Position numbers and translations under genes: made by a program. This document shows, piece by piece, positions 10,310 through 21,022 of a stretch of DNA of 64,000 nucleotides. This DNA comes from an uncultured Methanomicrobiales archaeon (lineage in GTDB: Archaea > Halobacteriota > Methanomicrobia > Methanomicrobiales > Methanospirillaceae): assembly GCA_963758915.1 (NCBI GenBank), contig CAVWXH010000002.1, forward strand, positions 1 through 64,000, written 5' to 3'. Positions within the stretch are counted from its first letter, which is position 1. The number at the start of each line of letters is the position of its first letter. The notes beneath the pieces are model-generated. The model had not been told where the DNA came from, searched no databases, and saw nothing but the letters and a program-made list of their open reading frames with translations.

Positions 10310-10540
10310 TCTCTTAACAATCCAGGGTTATTCCAACATTTACCCACACTTACGGGGCTCCGCCCCGCCTAGGTGGCGACCCTGGTTGGGATAGGGAATA
10401 ATCTCAAAAGTTCTGAAATTTTCAGAGATTCTACAGTTGAACCGTTGCCCAAAGAATATCTTATCGGGAATGGGGCAGGGAGGTGTGAAATCCCCTCCGG
10501 TCAACTTATTTCCTCTTTTTTAAATATGCAGGGTTTTAAC
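10310..10540 (+). repeat. Dispersed intergenic repeat, copy 2 (reference orientation)
   Basis: GGGGCTCCGCCCC hairpin, TGGCGACCCTGGTTGGGATAGGG, TCTGAA-ATT-TTCAGA hairpin, GGCAGGGAGGTGTGAAATCCCCTCC hairpin, TTCCTCTTTTTT tail. Confidence 0.85.
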
Positions 10541-10597
10541 AAAGTTTATGATTGAATTTTTTTACCATATCAAATCAAGATAATTCCTGTTTCTCCG

Positions 10598-11485
10598 CTA
10601 CTTACCGACCTTTACCAGCATCTCTTCAAGGCTCGGATAATGTGACTCGATCCTCTCAACCCTGCCTCCTTTGGATGCAATGATGCCCGTGCAGGTGTTC
10701 AGTTCATCAATTGAATCGGCAGGTATCTTGTAGAGCCCCCCCTCAAAAGTATATTCCCTGCACCCCTTGATCGCGTTGATATCATCGATAGAAAACGTAA
10801 TCGTGTAACTGATCGATCCGAACATCTCACGGAGCTCGTTCATGGTCCCCATGGCGACCATCTTTCCCCTTCGCAGGATCATCACTTTGTCACAGATTGT
10901 CTCGACCTGGAAGAGGTTATGGGCTGAAAGGACAATCGTTTTCTTCTCGTACCGGAGCTCTCTCAAGAATCCTACAATATAGCGTGAGGTCATCGGGTCG
11001 AGCCCTGAAGTAGGTTCGTCGTAAATCAGGACAGAAGGATTATGCATGAGGGACCTTGCAATGGCCACCTTCCGTTTCATCCCTTTTGAAAATTCTCCTA
11101 TCTTTTTTCCCTCCGGTTCGAGCGAGAGGGCCGCGAGCAGCCGGGCCATGCGGCTGGTAATCGTCTCCTGGTCGAGGCCATAGATCTCCCCGAAGAAACG
11201 GAGGTAGTCCTCAACGGTCATTGTTTCGTATAACCGTGATTCTTCAGAGAGGTAACCCAGGGCTGCCTTGATACCGTCCGGGTCCCTGACCACGTCAATG
11301 CCGTTCATGGTAAGGTCCCCCGACGTCGGGGTGATAAGGCCTGACAAAATCTTAAGCAGCGTCGTTTTGCCTGCTCCGTTATGCCCGATTACGCCGATAA
11401 TTTCCCCTTCCTTAAAATCAAAGGAGATATGGTCGAGTGCCGGTACATTCGTGTATATCTTTGTGAGTTCACGGGCGACGATCAT
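10598..11485 (-). CDS. ABC transporter ATP-binding protein
   Basis: Walker A GHNGAGKT, signature FSKGM, Walker B LIYDEPT, H-loop. Confidence 0.95.
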   Translation of the reverse strand: MIVARELTKIYTNVPALDHISFDFKEGEIIGVIGHNGAGKTTLLKILSGLITPTSGDLTMNGIDVVRDPDGIKAALGYLSEESRLYETMTVEDYLRFFGEIYGLDQETITSRMARLLAALSLEPEGKKIGEFSKGMKRKVAIARSLMHNPSVLIYDEPTSGLDPMTSRYIVGFLRELRYEKKTIVLSAHNLFQVETICDKVMILRRGKMVAMGTMNELREMFGSISYTITFSIDDINAIKGCREYTFEGGLYKIPADSIDELNTCTGIIASKGGRVERIESHYPSLEEMLVKVGK

Positions 11486-11570
11486 CTGAACTGTTCCCTG
11501 GCTTAACAGTCCTCTACCTTTACTGTATTATAGCTGATGAACATACCATTCTGATATTTGAGAGGCGGAG

Positions 11571-13382
11571 ATGGGGTATTCCCGGGACATCCTCACGATT
11601 GCAAAATGGGAAGTAAAACGGTCTGTCGGGACCATGGGGAAAAATGTACTTCCGGTTGCCATCATCCTGATCGTCCTTCTTATAGCAGTGACCGGGTTTA
11701 CTGCAAAAAGCGGTCTCCACCTCCAGGATGGGATTTACAAGGTCGGCACCAACGATCCGGAACTCGCTTCCTTATTCTCCGGAGATGCACGTTTTTCTGT
11801 TAACCTCGCTGATACGGGGACAATACAACGCAACCAGGACTATTACGACCTGATGATTTTCAACCGTGTCGTATATGTCCATGATACCGACCGGGGAAAG
11901 GCAGCCGCGAAGACCATGGAGCGGGACTATACAAAGTACCGGTCTAATGTGTACAACCGGCAGTCTGACCTGTTTGCAGCCTACCCGCTCTGGATCGATG
12001 TCCAGTATATCAGGTCGGAACTGGATTTTACCGCAACGCAGTCCGGCCAGCAGGTATCGGTGCGTCCCAGGTCTAACCAGCCGCCGTCGCCGACCGGCCC
12101 GGTAGAACCGGTCGCTATACCTGATGCTTCAATCGGCATATCAAGCGAGGAACTCAGGAGCAATCTCCAGCAGTCCACCTCCCAGAACAGCCAGATTTCC
12201 CGGTATACTGACATGTTTTCAGGTTCCGGAAACCCACTCGGTGCCTATAAGACCCCTGACCAGCTCTCCCCTCCGTTGCCATTTGATTCGATTATTCTTG
12301 TCTTCCTGTTCATATTTCCTCTCTACTTCATGTCCCAGTTTTTTATGATGAGTATCATGAACGAGCGCGTGGGCCGCCGCGGGGAGCTCCTGCTCTCGAC
12401 ACCGGCCAGGCCGTCAGCGATCATCCTTGGCAAGGCACTCCCTTATTTCGTTGGAATGGTCGTTATATCGGCATTACTTACCCTGTGGATAAAGGCATCC
12501 CCCTACATAGTCCTCCCGCTTATCCCGGTCATCCTCTTCTTCCTCGCCGCGGCACTCCTTATTGGCATGATCTCGAGGAGTTTCAAGGAGCTTTCGTTCA
12601 TCTCGATTTTTTTCTCGACTATTGCCACGTCGTACCTCTTCTTCCCGAGCATTTTTGCAAACATCCATGTTGTAAGCCTGATATCCCCGCTTACCCTGGT
12701 CGTCCTGACCCTCCAGGGGGCTGCCATTTCGGCGACCGATTACCTCTATTCAACCTCACTGTTCTGGCTTTCAGCTGTCGTGCTCTTTTACATCGGGGTG
12801 GTCAATTTCAGGGAAGAACGGCTCTTTTCACAGTCTGACCTGTTTGCGAAGACCAGTGACTTCATTGCGTCCACGCTCTCATTTAAACGGCCGTATCTAT
12901 CCCTTTTCCTGTTTAATGCCTTCCTGATCCCGTTCGTATTCATGGCCCAGATGATGCTGCTGGTTCTCTTCTTCAACCTCCCGATGCCGCTCTCCCTGAT
13001 ACTTCTCCTGATTGGAGCAGCGTTTATCGAGGAGATTGCGAAATCGCTGGGTATTTATTCCATGATCAGGAAAGCCCCGCAATTTTTCACATGGCCGGTG
13101 ATAGTGGGGGCATCTATTGCAACGGCGTTTGGCTTTCTCTTTGGTGAAAAACTCCTCCTGTTTGTTACGCTCTCGCAGATCACGGAATCGGTCTTCGGAA
13201 GCATTATTTTCACGAGTCTCGGGGTATTATGGATGCCGTTCCTCCTCCATTTCTCCGGCGTGCTCATTATCGCGGCTTCGATTAAAAAAGGGGGAGAGAT
13301 CGGGTATGGAATCGGGCTCCTTGCAGCGGTGGCCCTCCACTGCCTCTATAATGCATATATAATCCTCGGGTGGTTATCCTGA
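11571..13382 (+). CDS. ABC-2 type permease fused to PrsW-like intramembrane protease domain
   Basis: ABC-2 motif ERVGRRGELLLSTP; C-terminal EEIAK, GFLFGE, LLH and HCLYN resemble PrsW motifs. Confidence 0.8.
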   Translation: MGYSRDILTIAKWEVKRSVGTMGKNVLPVAIILIVLLIAVTGFTAKSGLHLQDGIYKVGTNDPELASLFSGDARFSVNLADTGTIQRNQDYYDLMIFNRVVYVHDTDRGKAAAKTMERDYTKYRSNVYNRQSDLFAAYPLWIDVQYIRSELDFTATQSGQQVSVRPRSNQPPSPTGPVEPVAIPDASIGISSEELRSNLQQSTSQNSQISRYTDMFSGSGNPLGAYKTPDQLSPPLPFDSIILVFLFIFPLYFMSQFFMMSIMNERVGRRGELLLSTPARPSAIILGKALPYFVGMVVISALLTLWIKASPYIVLPLIPVILFFLAAALLIGMISRSFKELSFISIFFSTIATSYLFFPSIFANIHVVSLISPLTLVVLTLQGAAISATDYLYSTSLFWLSAVVLFYIGVVNFREERLFSQSDLFAKTSDFIASTLSFKRPYLSLFLFNAFLIPFVFMAQMMLLVLFFNLPMPLSLILLLIGAAFIEEIAKSLGIYSMIRKAPQFFTWPVIVGASIATAFGFLFGEKLLLFVTLSQITESVFGSIIFTSLGVLWMPFLLHFSGVLIIAASIKKGGEIGYGIGLLAAVALHCLYNAYIILGWLS

Positions 13383-14461
13383 AAGCAAAGAATATCGGCC
13401 TGATAATGAAAAAAGACTTAAAAGGTCTTGGGCATGAGCGGACGATCCTGCTTGCTATCCTGCTCCAGCTCTTTATTGCATTGTTCTCATCATTCCTTAT
13501 GGTCGGGCTTACATCGATGTATGACCCGTCTGCACTTTCAAAATATTCCACAGTCCGCTATAATATCGCATATAACGGCTCAGATTCAGATCTAAGGGGG
13601 CTGCTGGCATCAGACGCCAGCCTGAGGGTGTATGATATGGAACTTGCTCCCGCTCTCCAGTCCTTAAAAGAACGGAAGCTTGTGGCAGTGGTGTATGTAC
13701 CGGATACCCGGCCAGATGCAACGGACCCTGTCAAGATCACCCTGTATACCCTCAAGAATGACCTGCAGGCAGTCGTCGTCGATGTAAAGCTGAAGGAACA
13801 GTTCGTGAAGTACGAGGGAGAGCTCAGGCAGATCAGAGCAGAGCGGATTGACGAGGTCCCTATTCCGCTTGATATACCCAAAAGTACCGGTGGGAGCGAC
13901 TACTATGAATTTGTCTACGGGCTCCTGATCCCGCTCCTCGTCATTATGCCCGCAATCATTTCGTCAGCGCTGGTCATCGACCTTATTACTGAGGAATACC
14001 AGAACAACACCCTTGAAACACTGCTGTCGACACCGATCAGGGCAAACGAAATATTCTGGGGAAAAGTTGCGGCCGCGCTCATCCTCGTGCCTTTTCAGGC
14101 GGGAATCTGGCTGTTCCTCCTCATGCTGAATGGGATCACGATAGTGAATGCGCCGCAGATCCTTGCTTACGTGACAATGGTCGCAATGGGGCTGATCCTG
14201 GTTGCATCGATAACCGCATTGTATTACCGGGAACGGACCGCAGCCCAGTTTATCTATTCGACTGCAATTGTTGTCCTGATGTTATTCTCCCTTGCATTGC
14301 CCGAAAACCCCATGAACATCATTGCGAAGCTTGCGACCGGGTCGGCAGGGACGGAACAATGGCTCGTATTAGCCCTGATCATAGCACTCGTGATGATCCT
14401 TTCGGTAGTAACGAACCGCTATGCAGCAACGTCAATGAAGGGGAATCAGGCGCCCCGGTAA
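13370..14461 (+). CDS. ABC-2 type transporter permease
   Basis: EEYQNNTLETLLSTP..GK motif, 6 TM segments with an extracellular loop. Confidence 0.88.
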   Translation: MVILKAKNIGLIMKKDLKGLGHERTILLAILLQLFIALFSSFLMVGLTSMYDPSALSKYSTVRYNIAYNGSDSDLRGLLASDASLRVYDMELAPALQSLKERKLVAVVYVPDTRPDATDPVKITLYTLKNDLQAVVVDVKLKEQFVKYEGELRQIRAERIDEVPIPLDIPKSTGGSDYYEFVYGLLIPLLVIMPAIISSALVIDLITEEYQNNTLETLLSTPIRANEIFWGKVAAALILVPFQAGIWLFLLMLNGITIVNAPQILAYVTMVAMGLILVASITALYYRERTAAQFIYSTAIVVLMLFSLALPENPMNIIAKLATGSAGTEQWLVLALIIALVMILSVVTNRYAATSMKGNQAPR

Positions 14462-14554
14462 CCGTTCATGCCGGATGATCCCCGGAAATCCTTGAAAAGG
14501 GGGTAATAATCTGCAGGCTGGTGCTGAAGCGCCCGCTATTGAGGCTGCAACCCG

Positions 14555-15088
14555 TTAATAGTATGCATAGGTCATGATCTCATCTTTTAATTTGTACATA
14601 ATACCGCCAAGCGTCACAAAGACCTCAACCCTGTCAGGCCCCCGGGTCCCTTTCATATCAACCGATGCCCCGGTAGAGATCTGGTTCCCGACCTGGATAT
14701 TTTTCTGCTCCACTCTCCCATCGGAGGTGGTTACCCTGACAAGAATATTCTTTACAATGACCTGTCCCGGGCCCCCTATAAACGTCACGGTTATCGTATT
14801 GTAAACGCGGTCTTTTTCGATCCCGACATCAACAGCATTAGCGGGCGACAGGGCTGTCACGTTCTCGGGGAGGCTGTCTGTTACCGCCTGTCCCATGGGT
14901 TCCGGGACCGACCTCGTTGTCAGAACCGGCAGGGTTGCCGGGAGTGAGGTGGCAGCAGTGCCGGGGGTTGGGGGTATGGTTACAATCTGCGTTACCGGTG
15001 ACTGCGCCGTCTGCTGGCTGATACAACCAGAACAAAAAATCAGGGTAATGAAGGCCGTAATAATGACGATGGCTGGTATAATTTTCAT
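14555..15088 (-). CDS. Hypothetical lipoprotein
   Basis: Signal peptide with SGC lipobox, Thr/Pro linker, small beta-rich domain (FIGGPG...DRVEV). Confidence 0.7.
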   Translation of the reverse strand: MKIIPAIVIITAFITLIFCSGCISQQTAQSPVTQIVTIPPTPGTAATSLPATLPVLTTRSVPEPMGQAVTDSLPENVTALSPANAVDVGIEKDRVYNTITVTFIGGPGQVIVKNILVRVTTSDGRVEQKNIQVGNQISTGASVDMKGTRGPDRVEVFVTLGGIMYKLKDEIMTYAYY

Positions 15089-15278
15089 GATCTCGCTACC
15101 CTTAGAGGTGCTATTGTCGAGTATTAGGTTTTTTGATACCGGGTATGGATGTATACTGTTGTCCCTGCCGGTTGTTCAACGGGTTTGACGGGTGGAACGA
15201 TACACCGAAACTTAAAAACCATTCGATACATTGAAGAATAAGATTGACAATGATTTACGTAAAGCAGGAGAAAGAGTA

Positions 15279-15890
15279 ATGTTTTGTTCGAAGTGCGGTA
15301 AAAAGACCGACGATTCCGGTAAATACTGCCAGTGGTGCGGGGCAGAAGTGAAAGCTACGGCACCGGCAGCGGCACCAAAACTTCTTCTTAAAAAGAAGTC
15401 TTACGGAATTAGCACCGAGAATTACGCAGGATTTGGACAAAGGTTCCTTGCGTGGATTATTGATATTGTCTTCATCCTGGTCCTGGACATCTTCATCATG
15501 GGACTCACCGGGCTCAACGAAGGGGTACGGATGATTTACCAGTTCCTGCGCGGGTACCCGATGACCGATCGGTATGGCGAGGTTGTCTATTCCATGGTAC
15601 CTACCCAGGTTATCTATGCGATCGCGGTACTTCTGATCCTCGTACCCTGGCTCTATTATGCATTTCTCGAGAGCTCGAAGAACCAGGCAACCCTCGGTAA
15701 AATTGCAGTGCGCATCGCGGTAACCGACCTGCACGGCAACCGTATCACTTTTTCACGGGCAACTCTCCGCTTTTTCGCGAAAGTGCTCTCCATCATCACC
15801 TTCTTTATTGGCTTCATTATTATCGCATTCACCCGGCAGAAGCAGGGCCTGCATGATATTATCGCCGGTTGCCTGATGTACCAGCAGTAA
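15279..15890 (+). CDS. RDD family membrane protein with N-terminal zinc ribbon
   Basis: MFCSKCG..YCQWCG; YAGFGQRFLAWIID, QATLGK, QGLHDIIAG. Confidence 0.9.
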   Translation: MFCSKCGKKTDDSGKYCQWCGAEVKATAPAAAPKLLLKKKSYGISTENYAGFGQRFLAWIIDIVFILVLDIFIMGLTGLNEGVRMIYQFLRGYPMTDRYGEVVYSMVPTQVIYAIAVLLILVPWLYYAFLESSKNQATLGKIAVRIAVTDLHGNRITFSRATLRFFAKVLSIITFFIGFIIIAFTRQKQGLHDIIAGCLMYQQ

Positions 15891-15959
15891 TACTTCATCT
15901 CTTTCTCCCTTCTTAACCGCAAAAATTTCAATTCAGGCTTTTTCTTAAAATCCTGGGGT

Positions 15960-16255
15960 ATACCCATGCTACCCTGTCGAAAGCAGCAGGATTCATTCCA
16001 TCCCTGTCCCACCCCGTTACGATGTTTCTGGGGAGGGTTTCAATCGATTACTTTGAATATTCCAGGTGTGCAGGGCCTGGTCCCTATCCTAACCGGGGCG
16101 CCAAAGCGGCGGGCCATGAGCCCAGGGAGCGTTGGTAAGTTTAGGAATACTTCAAAAAGGTAAGATAGTTTCAGAGCAGTTCAACAATGCGAGTTTTGAG
16201 CATAAAAAGGGGGACTTTCAGATTGTTTTGCAGGAGTTTTTTCATATCAGCCGAA
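15960..16255 (-). repeat. Dispersed intergenic repeat, copy 3 (reverse orientation, includes distal module)
   Basis: CCTATCCTAACCGGGGCGCCAAAGCGGCGGGCCATGAGCCCAGGGAGCGTTG matches the reverse complement of 61592-61645; 16180-16255 matches the reverse complement of 61360-61455. Confidence 0.8.
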
Positions 16256-16407
16256 TAACCCGGAGAATCAATAAGACAGGCGTTAGAAGGATTTTCACGG
16301 GGCCAAAAAAGATACGGAAATATCCGGAGGACTTCATCGGCAGATGCACAAATCGGTAATGTTGCAGGGCATGTTATTTCATGTTGCCCCGCTGGCAGGA
16401 AATGCCG

Positions 16408-16662
16408 TTAATCGAACCTGAACTTGAGGACCACAATTACCATCACAAGGAAAAAGGTCGCACCGTTTGCGATTATTATGGGAAGTTCATGTATCAGGAT
16501 CCCGAATATGAGCCACAGCAGTATTCCAACGGCAAATAACATGAGCATACCCGGTGAAAGGTCTTTACAGGACTTTGTCCGCCATGCCCTGTACACCTGG
16601 GGAAGGAAAGCAACCGTTGTGCAGAACCCGGCAATATAACCAAGTACCGGAACAAATTCCAC
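16408..16662 (-). CDS. SemiSWEET / PQ-loop family transporter
   Basis: LGYIAGFCTTVAFLPQV..KS.KDLS...WLIFG...PIIIAN; 3 TM. Confidence 0.9.
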   Translation of the reverse strand: MEFVPVLGYIAGFCTTVAFLPQVYRAWRTKSCKDLSPGMLMLFAVGILLWLIFGILIHELPIIIANGATFFLVMVIVVLKFRFD

Positions 16663-16694
16663 TTCTTATTCACCGGTACCCGCATGACCCTGTA

Positions 16695-16886
16695 TCAGTC
16701 ATATTTTCCTTTTAGTCCTGCCCACCCCGTAAAGCCGCAATAAATGCATCCGACTCCTTCACAGGCCTTGCACCTGCATGCCGGCTCTTTTACGAGCACA
16801 TGACCGGTCTTGTTACAATAAATACAACCTGCACCCTCGCAGTGCGAGCAGACGACGCTGCAATAAATCGTGGGGGAATCTGACAT
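16695..16886 (-). CDS. Small Cys-rich protein (DnaJ-type zinc-finger-like repeats)
   Basis: Two copies of CxxCEGxGCIYCxxTG. Confidence 0.7.
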   Translation of the reverse strand: MSDSPTIYCSVVCSHCEGAGCIYCNKTGHVLVKEPACRCKACEGVGCIYCGFTGWAGLKGKYD

Positions 16887-16977
16887 TGCGGACACCGGAA
16901 TTGTGGATACCAGTTAATTTTCTTTCTGTGAAAGATTAAAAAAACTGGTATTGTGGTCACCAGCTGGCAGGTATATA

Positions 16978-18624
16978 TCAGGGTTTCTGTACGGCACCCT
17001 GGTTGGCCTGGCCTACACTCGCTGCATAACGGGAGAGCACCCCGGTCAGTTGTTGTACCGGGGGTTTCCACGTGGTTCTCCGGGCACCTATTTCCACATC
17101 CGGCACCAGGTGGTCAAGTGTCTTCTTAAAGAGGTCCATGGCTATCATGTCCCCGTTTCTGATGAGTGCGATCGGTCCTCCGATTGCCGCCTCCGGCGCG
17201 ATATGCCCGATACACGGGCCACGGGTGCCACCCGAGAAACGACCGTCGGTAATGAGAGCGACACGGGTATATCCAAGCCCCATCAGCGCAGAGGTGGGGG
17301 AGAGCATCTCGGGCATTCCCGGGGCACCACGCGGCCCCTCGTACCTGATGATGACCACGTCCCCCTCTTCCACCTCCCTGGCAAGTATCGCCTTCATTGC
17401 AGCCTTTTCTCCATCAAATACTCTTGCAGGACCCTGGTGGACCCACATCCCCTTCGGGACAGCCGCACATTTTACCACGGCCCCGTCAGGGGCCAGCGAC
17501 CCCTTGAGAATTTTCAGGCCACCCGCCGGGCTTACCGGTGAATTTATACCCTTTATGACGTTTGCATCGCGGACAACCGCGGCTTTCGCAATCTGCTTGA
17601 CGCTCATTCCTGATACTGTCGGGGCATCGGCAAGCAATGCTGAAAGTTCCTTAATCACTGCCGGTATACCTCCTGCCCGGTAGAGTGTCTGCATTGAATG
17701 TGGACCGCTTGGCTGCATGTGGCAGATGTGCGGAGTTTTTTCACCAATTTCGTTGAACTGGTCGAGGTCGAGGGGCACCCCTGCTTCGACCGCGATTGCC
17801 ATCAGGTGCAGGACGGTATTTGTCGAGCCCCCAAGGGCCATATCGACCCTGATCGCATTTGAGAGGCTGTCGATGGTGATTATATCCCGGGGCCTGATAT
17901 TCCCCCTCACGAGGTCGAGGACCCGTTCGCCGCTTTCACGGGCTATCCTGAGTTTTCCGGCATCGACTGCAGGGATAGCGGCGCAACCCGGGAGTGACAT
18001 CCCCATGGCCTCGGTCATGCACGCCATCGTATTTGCCGTGTACAGCCCCTGGCAGCTCCCGCACCCGGGCATTGCACAACATTCGAGTTCCTGCAGGGCG
18101 GATTCGCTCATCGTTCCGGCTGCTACTTTCCCTACCCCCTCAAAAATATCGATCAGGGACAATTCCTTCCCGGCAAGGTAACCGGAGAGCATTGGCCCTC
18201 CTGTTAACACGACCGAGGGGATATTGCAGCGTGCCGCTGCCATCAGCATCCCGGGAACAATTTTATCACAGGTGCCCACGCATACGAGCCCGTCAAACCT
18301 GTGGGCTTCTGTCATCAGTTCAATGGAATCCGCGATGTTCTCTCTCGAAGGGAGCGAATACCGCATCCCCTCGTGGCCCATCGCGATCCCGTCACAGATC
18401 CCGATTACACCGAACTCGAACGGCACCCCCCCGGCTGCAATGATCCCCTCTTTGACCTTGTCGGTAAGGGTCCTGAGGTGGACGTGCCCGGGGACAATCG
18501 TGTTGTATGCATTGGCAATCCCGATGAAAGGAAGCCCCATTTCCCGGTCGGTGATACCGAGCGACCTGAGAAGCGAACGGTTTGGAGCCCGCTGGTACCC
18601 TGATTTAACCTCATTACTCCGCAT
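16978..18624 (-). CDS. ilvD: Dihydroxy-acid dehydratase
   Basis: [48 protein letters not shown]; start at MRSNEVK. Confidence 0.97.
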   Translation of the reverse strand: MRSNEVKSGYQRAPNRSLLRSLGITDREMGLPFIGIANAYNTIVPGHVHLRTLTDKVKEGIIAAGGVPFEFGVIGICDGIAMGHEGMRYSLPSRENIADSIELMTEAHRFDGLVCVGTCDKIVPGMLMAAARCNIPSVVLTGGPMLSGYLAGKELSLIDIFEGVGKVAAGTMSESALQELECCAMPGCGSCQGLYTANTMACMTEAMGMSLPGCAAIPAVDAGKLRIARESGERVLDLVRGNIRPRDIITIDSLSNAIRVDMALGGSTNTVLHLMAIAVEAGVPLDLDQFNEIGEKTPHICHMQPSGPHSMQTLYRAGGIPAVIKELSALLADAPTVSGMSVKQIAKAAVVRDANVIKGINSPVSPAGGLKILKGSLAPDGAVVKCAAVPKGMWVHQGPARVFDGEKAAMKAILAREVEEGDVVIIRYEGPRGAPGMPEMLSPTSALMGLGYTRVALITDGRFSGGTRGPCIGHIAPEAAIGGPIALIRNGDMIAMDLFKKTLDHLVPDVEIGARRTTWKPPVQQLTGVLSRYAASVGQANQGAVQKP

Positions 18625-18697
18625 GAGAAAAACCTCTCTCTTACCGGTGATTATGAGCCCTGAAGTTTTATATCCCTTCGTTGTCCTGTGCTGTTCG

Positions 18698-20057
18698 TTA
18701 CTGCCTCTTAAACATCCGGGCGGCGTTGACAAACGAGACCGAAAACTCCCTCGTGAAGTAACTGTGGGTATAAACTCCGGTAGTCTCGTGTTCTGACAGC
18801 CCGTCCCTGCAACCGGAAATGCCTTTGCCACGCGAAAGTTCGATAATAAACCGTGCATCAGGCATGCATTCAATGCGGGAATAATGGAATTCATGGCCCT
18901 TAATTTTCATTCCCTGTCTGATATACGAATTTTTACCGCTCCCCCTGCCAGAGGAGTAACCGAGTGCCTGGACAGAACCGGTCATCTCCGCGCATGCGGG
19001 AAGGACCCCTGCCATCCGGTACTCACGGTCCGTGAGAATTCCCCGGGTGAGAAAAAGCAGCCCGCCACATTCAGCGTAAATCGGCATACCCCGGTCTGAT
19101 GCCGCCGCAATCGCTTTCGTGGCGGGTGATGCTTCAAGTGCACCTGCATAGAGTTCCGGATATCCTCCCCCGAGGTAGATGGCATCTGTTTTTGGGAGAT
19201 GGTCACGCATGGGGCTGAAAAAAACCAGTTCTGCACCGGAAGCGGCAAGGAGGTCGAGATTGTCCTGGTAATAAAAGCAGAAGGCCTCATCGCGGGCGAC
19301 CCCTATGACCGGCCGTTCTCCGGTAACCCCAGGCAGCGGTTCCGGGACCGGTAAGGGGCTTGTATTGCTGGCGATCTCAAGGATAGCCCCGGTATTGCAG
19401 TCTTCGTTTACCGCGTCCCCGGCCGCTGTATCCTTTTCGACCTCGGATGCCATGACCAGGCCAAGGTGCCGGCTCTTTACCTCAAGTCCCGGTCTCCTTT
19501 TTATCCACCCGAGTATGTTCCTGCCAGCTGACCGTTCTATCAGTGTCCTGTGGCGGTCGCTGCCTAACCGGTTGAAGATAACCCCTGCAATCCGTTCCCC
19601 ACCCGGTGAACCGGTGAACCCGCTCACAATCGCATTCGCGCTCCGTGACATCCCTTTCACATCCACAACGAGGATGACCGGTGTGTCAAGGATATCAGCT
19701 ACGTGGGCAGTACTTGCGTCCAGTGTCCCGTCAAGCCCGTCAAACATTCCCATGACCCCTTCAATAACTGGCAATGTCAGCACCGCCTGACGCATGAACA
19801 AATGTCTCCCTGACTCCGTCTTCACCCATCATAAAGGGGTCAAGGTTCCTTGAGCTCCTGCCGCAGATCAATGTATGGTGGGTAGGATCAATGAAATCCG
19901 GGCCCACTTTGAAGGGCTGAACCACGAGACCCTGCGAGGTGAATGCCTGCATCAGGCCACGTGCAATGGTTGTTTTACCGCATCCGCTATGTGTCCCTGC
20001 AATAAGGACCCTTGGAATGTGGAGGTTCCTGCTCACGAAGCGTTCTCTTTTGGTCAT
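18698..20057 (-). CDS. cbiA: Cobyrinate a,c-diamide synthase family (CbiA/CobB), apparent +1 insertion near 19769
   Basis: [17 protein letters not shown], (AV)[10 protein letters not shown] across the frame break, [24 protein letters not shown]; CfbB not excluded. Confidence 0.8.
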
Positions 20058-20307
20058 AACGGTTACCGGAACATGCATGTACCTGGCACGGTGTGGATAA
20101 CGAATGTCCTGTACCAGATGGTTTGGTGCTCTCTTACATAAATCCATGAGGGACGGGACATATGATGGTCGTAGTGAAACCGTTAATTCTTCGGTTGAAG
20201 GGACTGTCTCCTCGACCACGAGGGCCCGGAATTTTCAGAGGGTGGTCGCAAGCCGAAAATACTTTTTATTCACCGGAATAACGGTATAAGAAATTCAGGA
20301 GCAGGTT

Positions 20308-20772
20308 ATGGAAAAACAGAATGCAATCTTTATCGGTATTGTGGTATTCATCGTTGCGATTACCCTCGGATTTTTCTACATGAACGGCATGATGGTCCCT
20401 GCGTTACCACAGGCCGGCGGACTGGCAGGTGCGTCAAATATCACATTCAGGGCAGAAGCGGTATCAGATGTGAATTATCTGACATTCCGCTATATTCCCG
20501 TGGCTAATATGACCGGCCCCGTTACTGCCACGTACCAGGGGCAAAAAGATGGCAGGACACTTTTTAGCGATAAAAAAATCTTCGAATCAGTAATGCCGGA
20601 TAACCCCATAGAAATTGTTATGAAAAGGTCTGATAACGGCACCTATACCATGATCATGCTGATTTCCGACAAGGGGAAAAATAATGTTCATACGAGTATA
20701 ACCGCGTGGTACGACTCAAATGCAACCTACTCAACAAATTCAGCATTATTTAATGCAGACTACAGGACCTGA
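20308..20772 (+). CDS. Hypothetical membrane-anchored protein
   Basis: N-terminal TM, GGAG RBS-like sequence upstream, N-glycosylation sequons. Confidence 0.6.
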   Translation: MEKQNAIFIGIVVFIVAITLGFFYMNGMMVPALPQAGGLAGASNITFRAEAVSDVNYLTFRYIPVANMTGPVTATYQGQKDGRTLFSDKKIFESVMPDNPIEIVMKRSDNGTYTMIMLISDKGKNNVHTSITAWYDSNATYSTNSALFNADYRT

Positions 20773-21022
20773 AGATTCCCGGGGCTACTTTTTAGCCTGG
20801 CATCTATTTTTCTATTGGCTGCCCCGCTCATATTTTTGTGCCACGAAGGATTTCAACGGGTGCACTAACAAATATGCCCGCATCAAATTATGTGTACGGT
20901 CAGGGCAGAGACTAGTGATAAGGATAATAACCGGGACTTCAATCATCGGTACGACAGGGACATCAGGTCAGACCAGAGGCCCTCACTTCTGAAGAAAAAA
21001 GTATCCCGTTACCCCGGGATAC

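Noticed and set aside
18625-18894. 90-aa N-terminal extension of IlvD in the ORF track
   Set aside because: It overlaps the 3' end of cbiA, and homology begins at MRSNEVK after a GAGG RBS.
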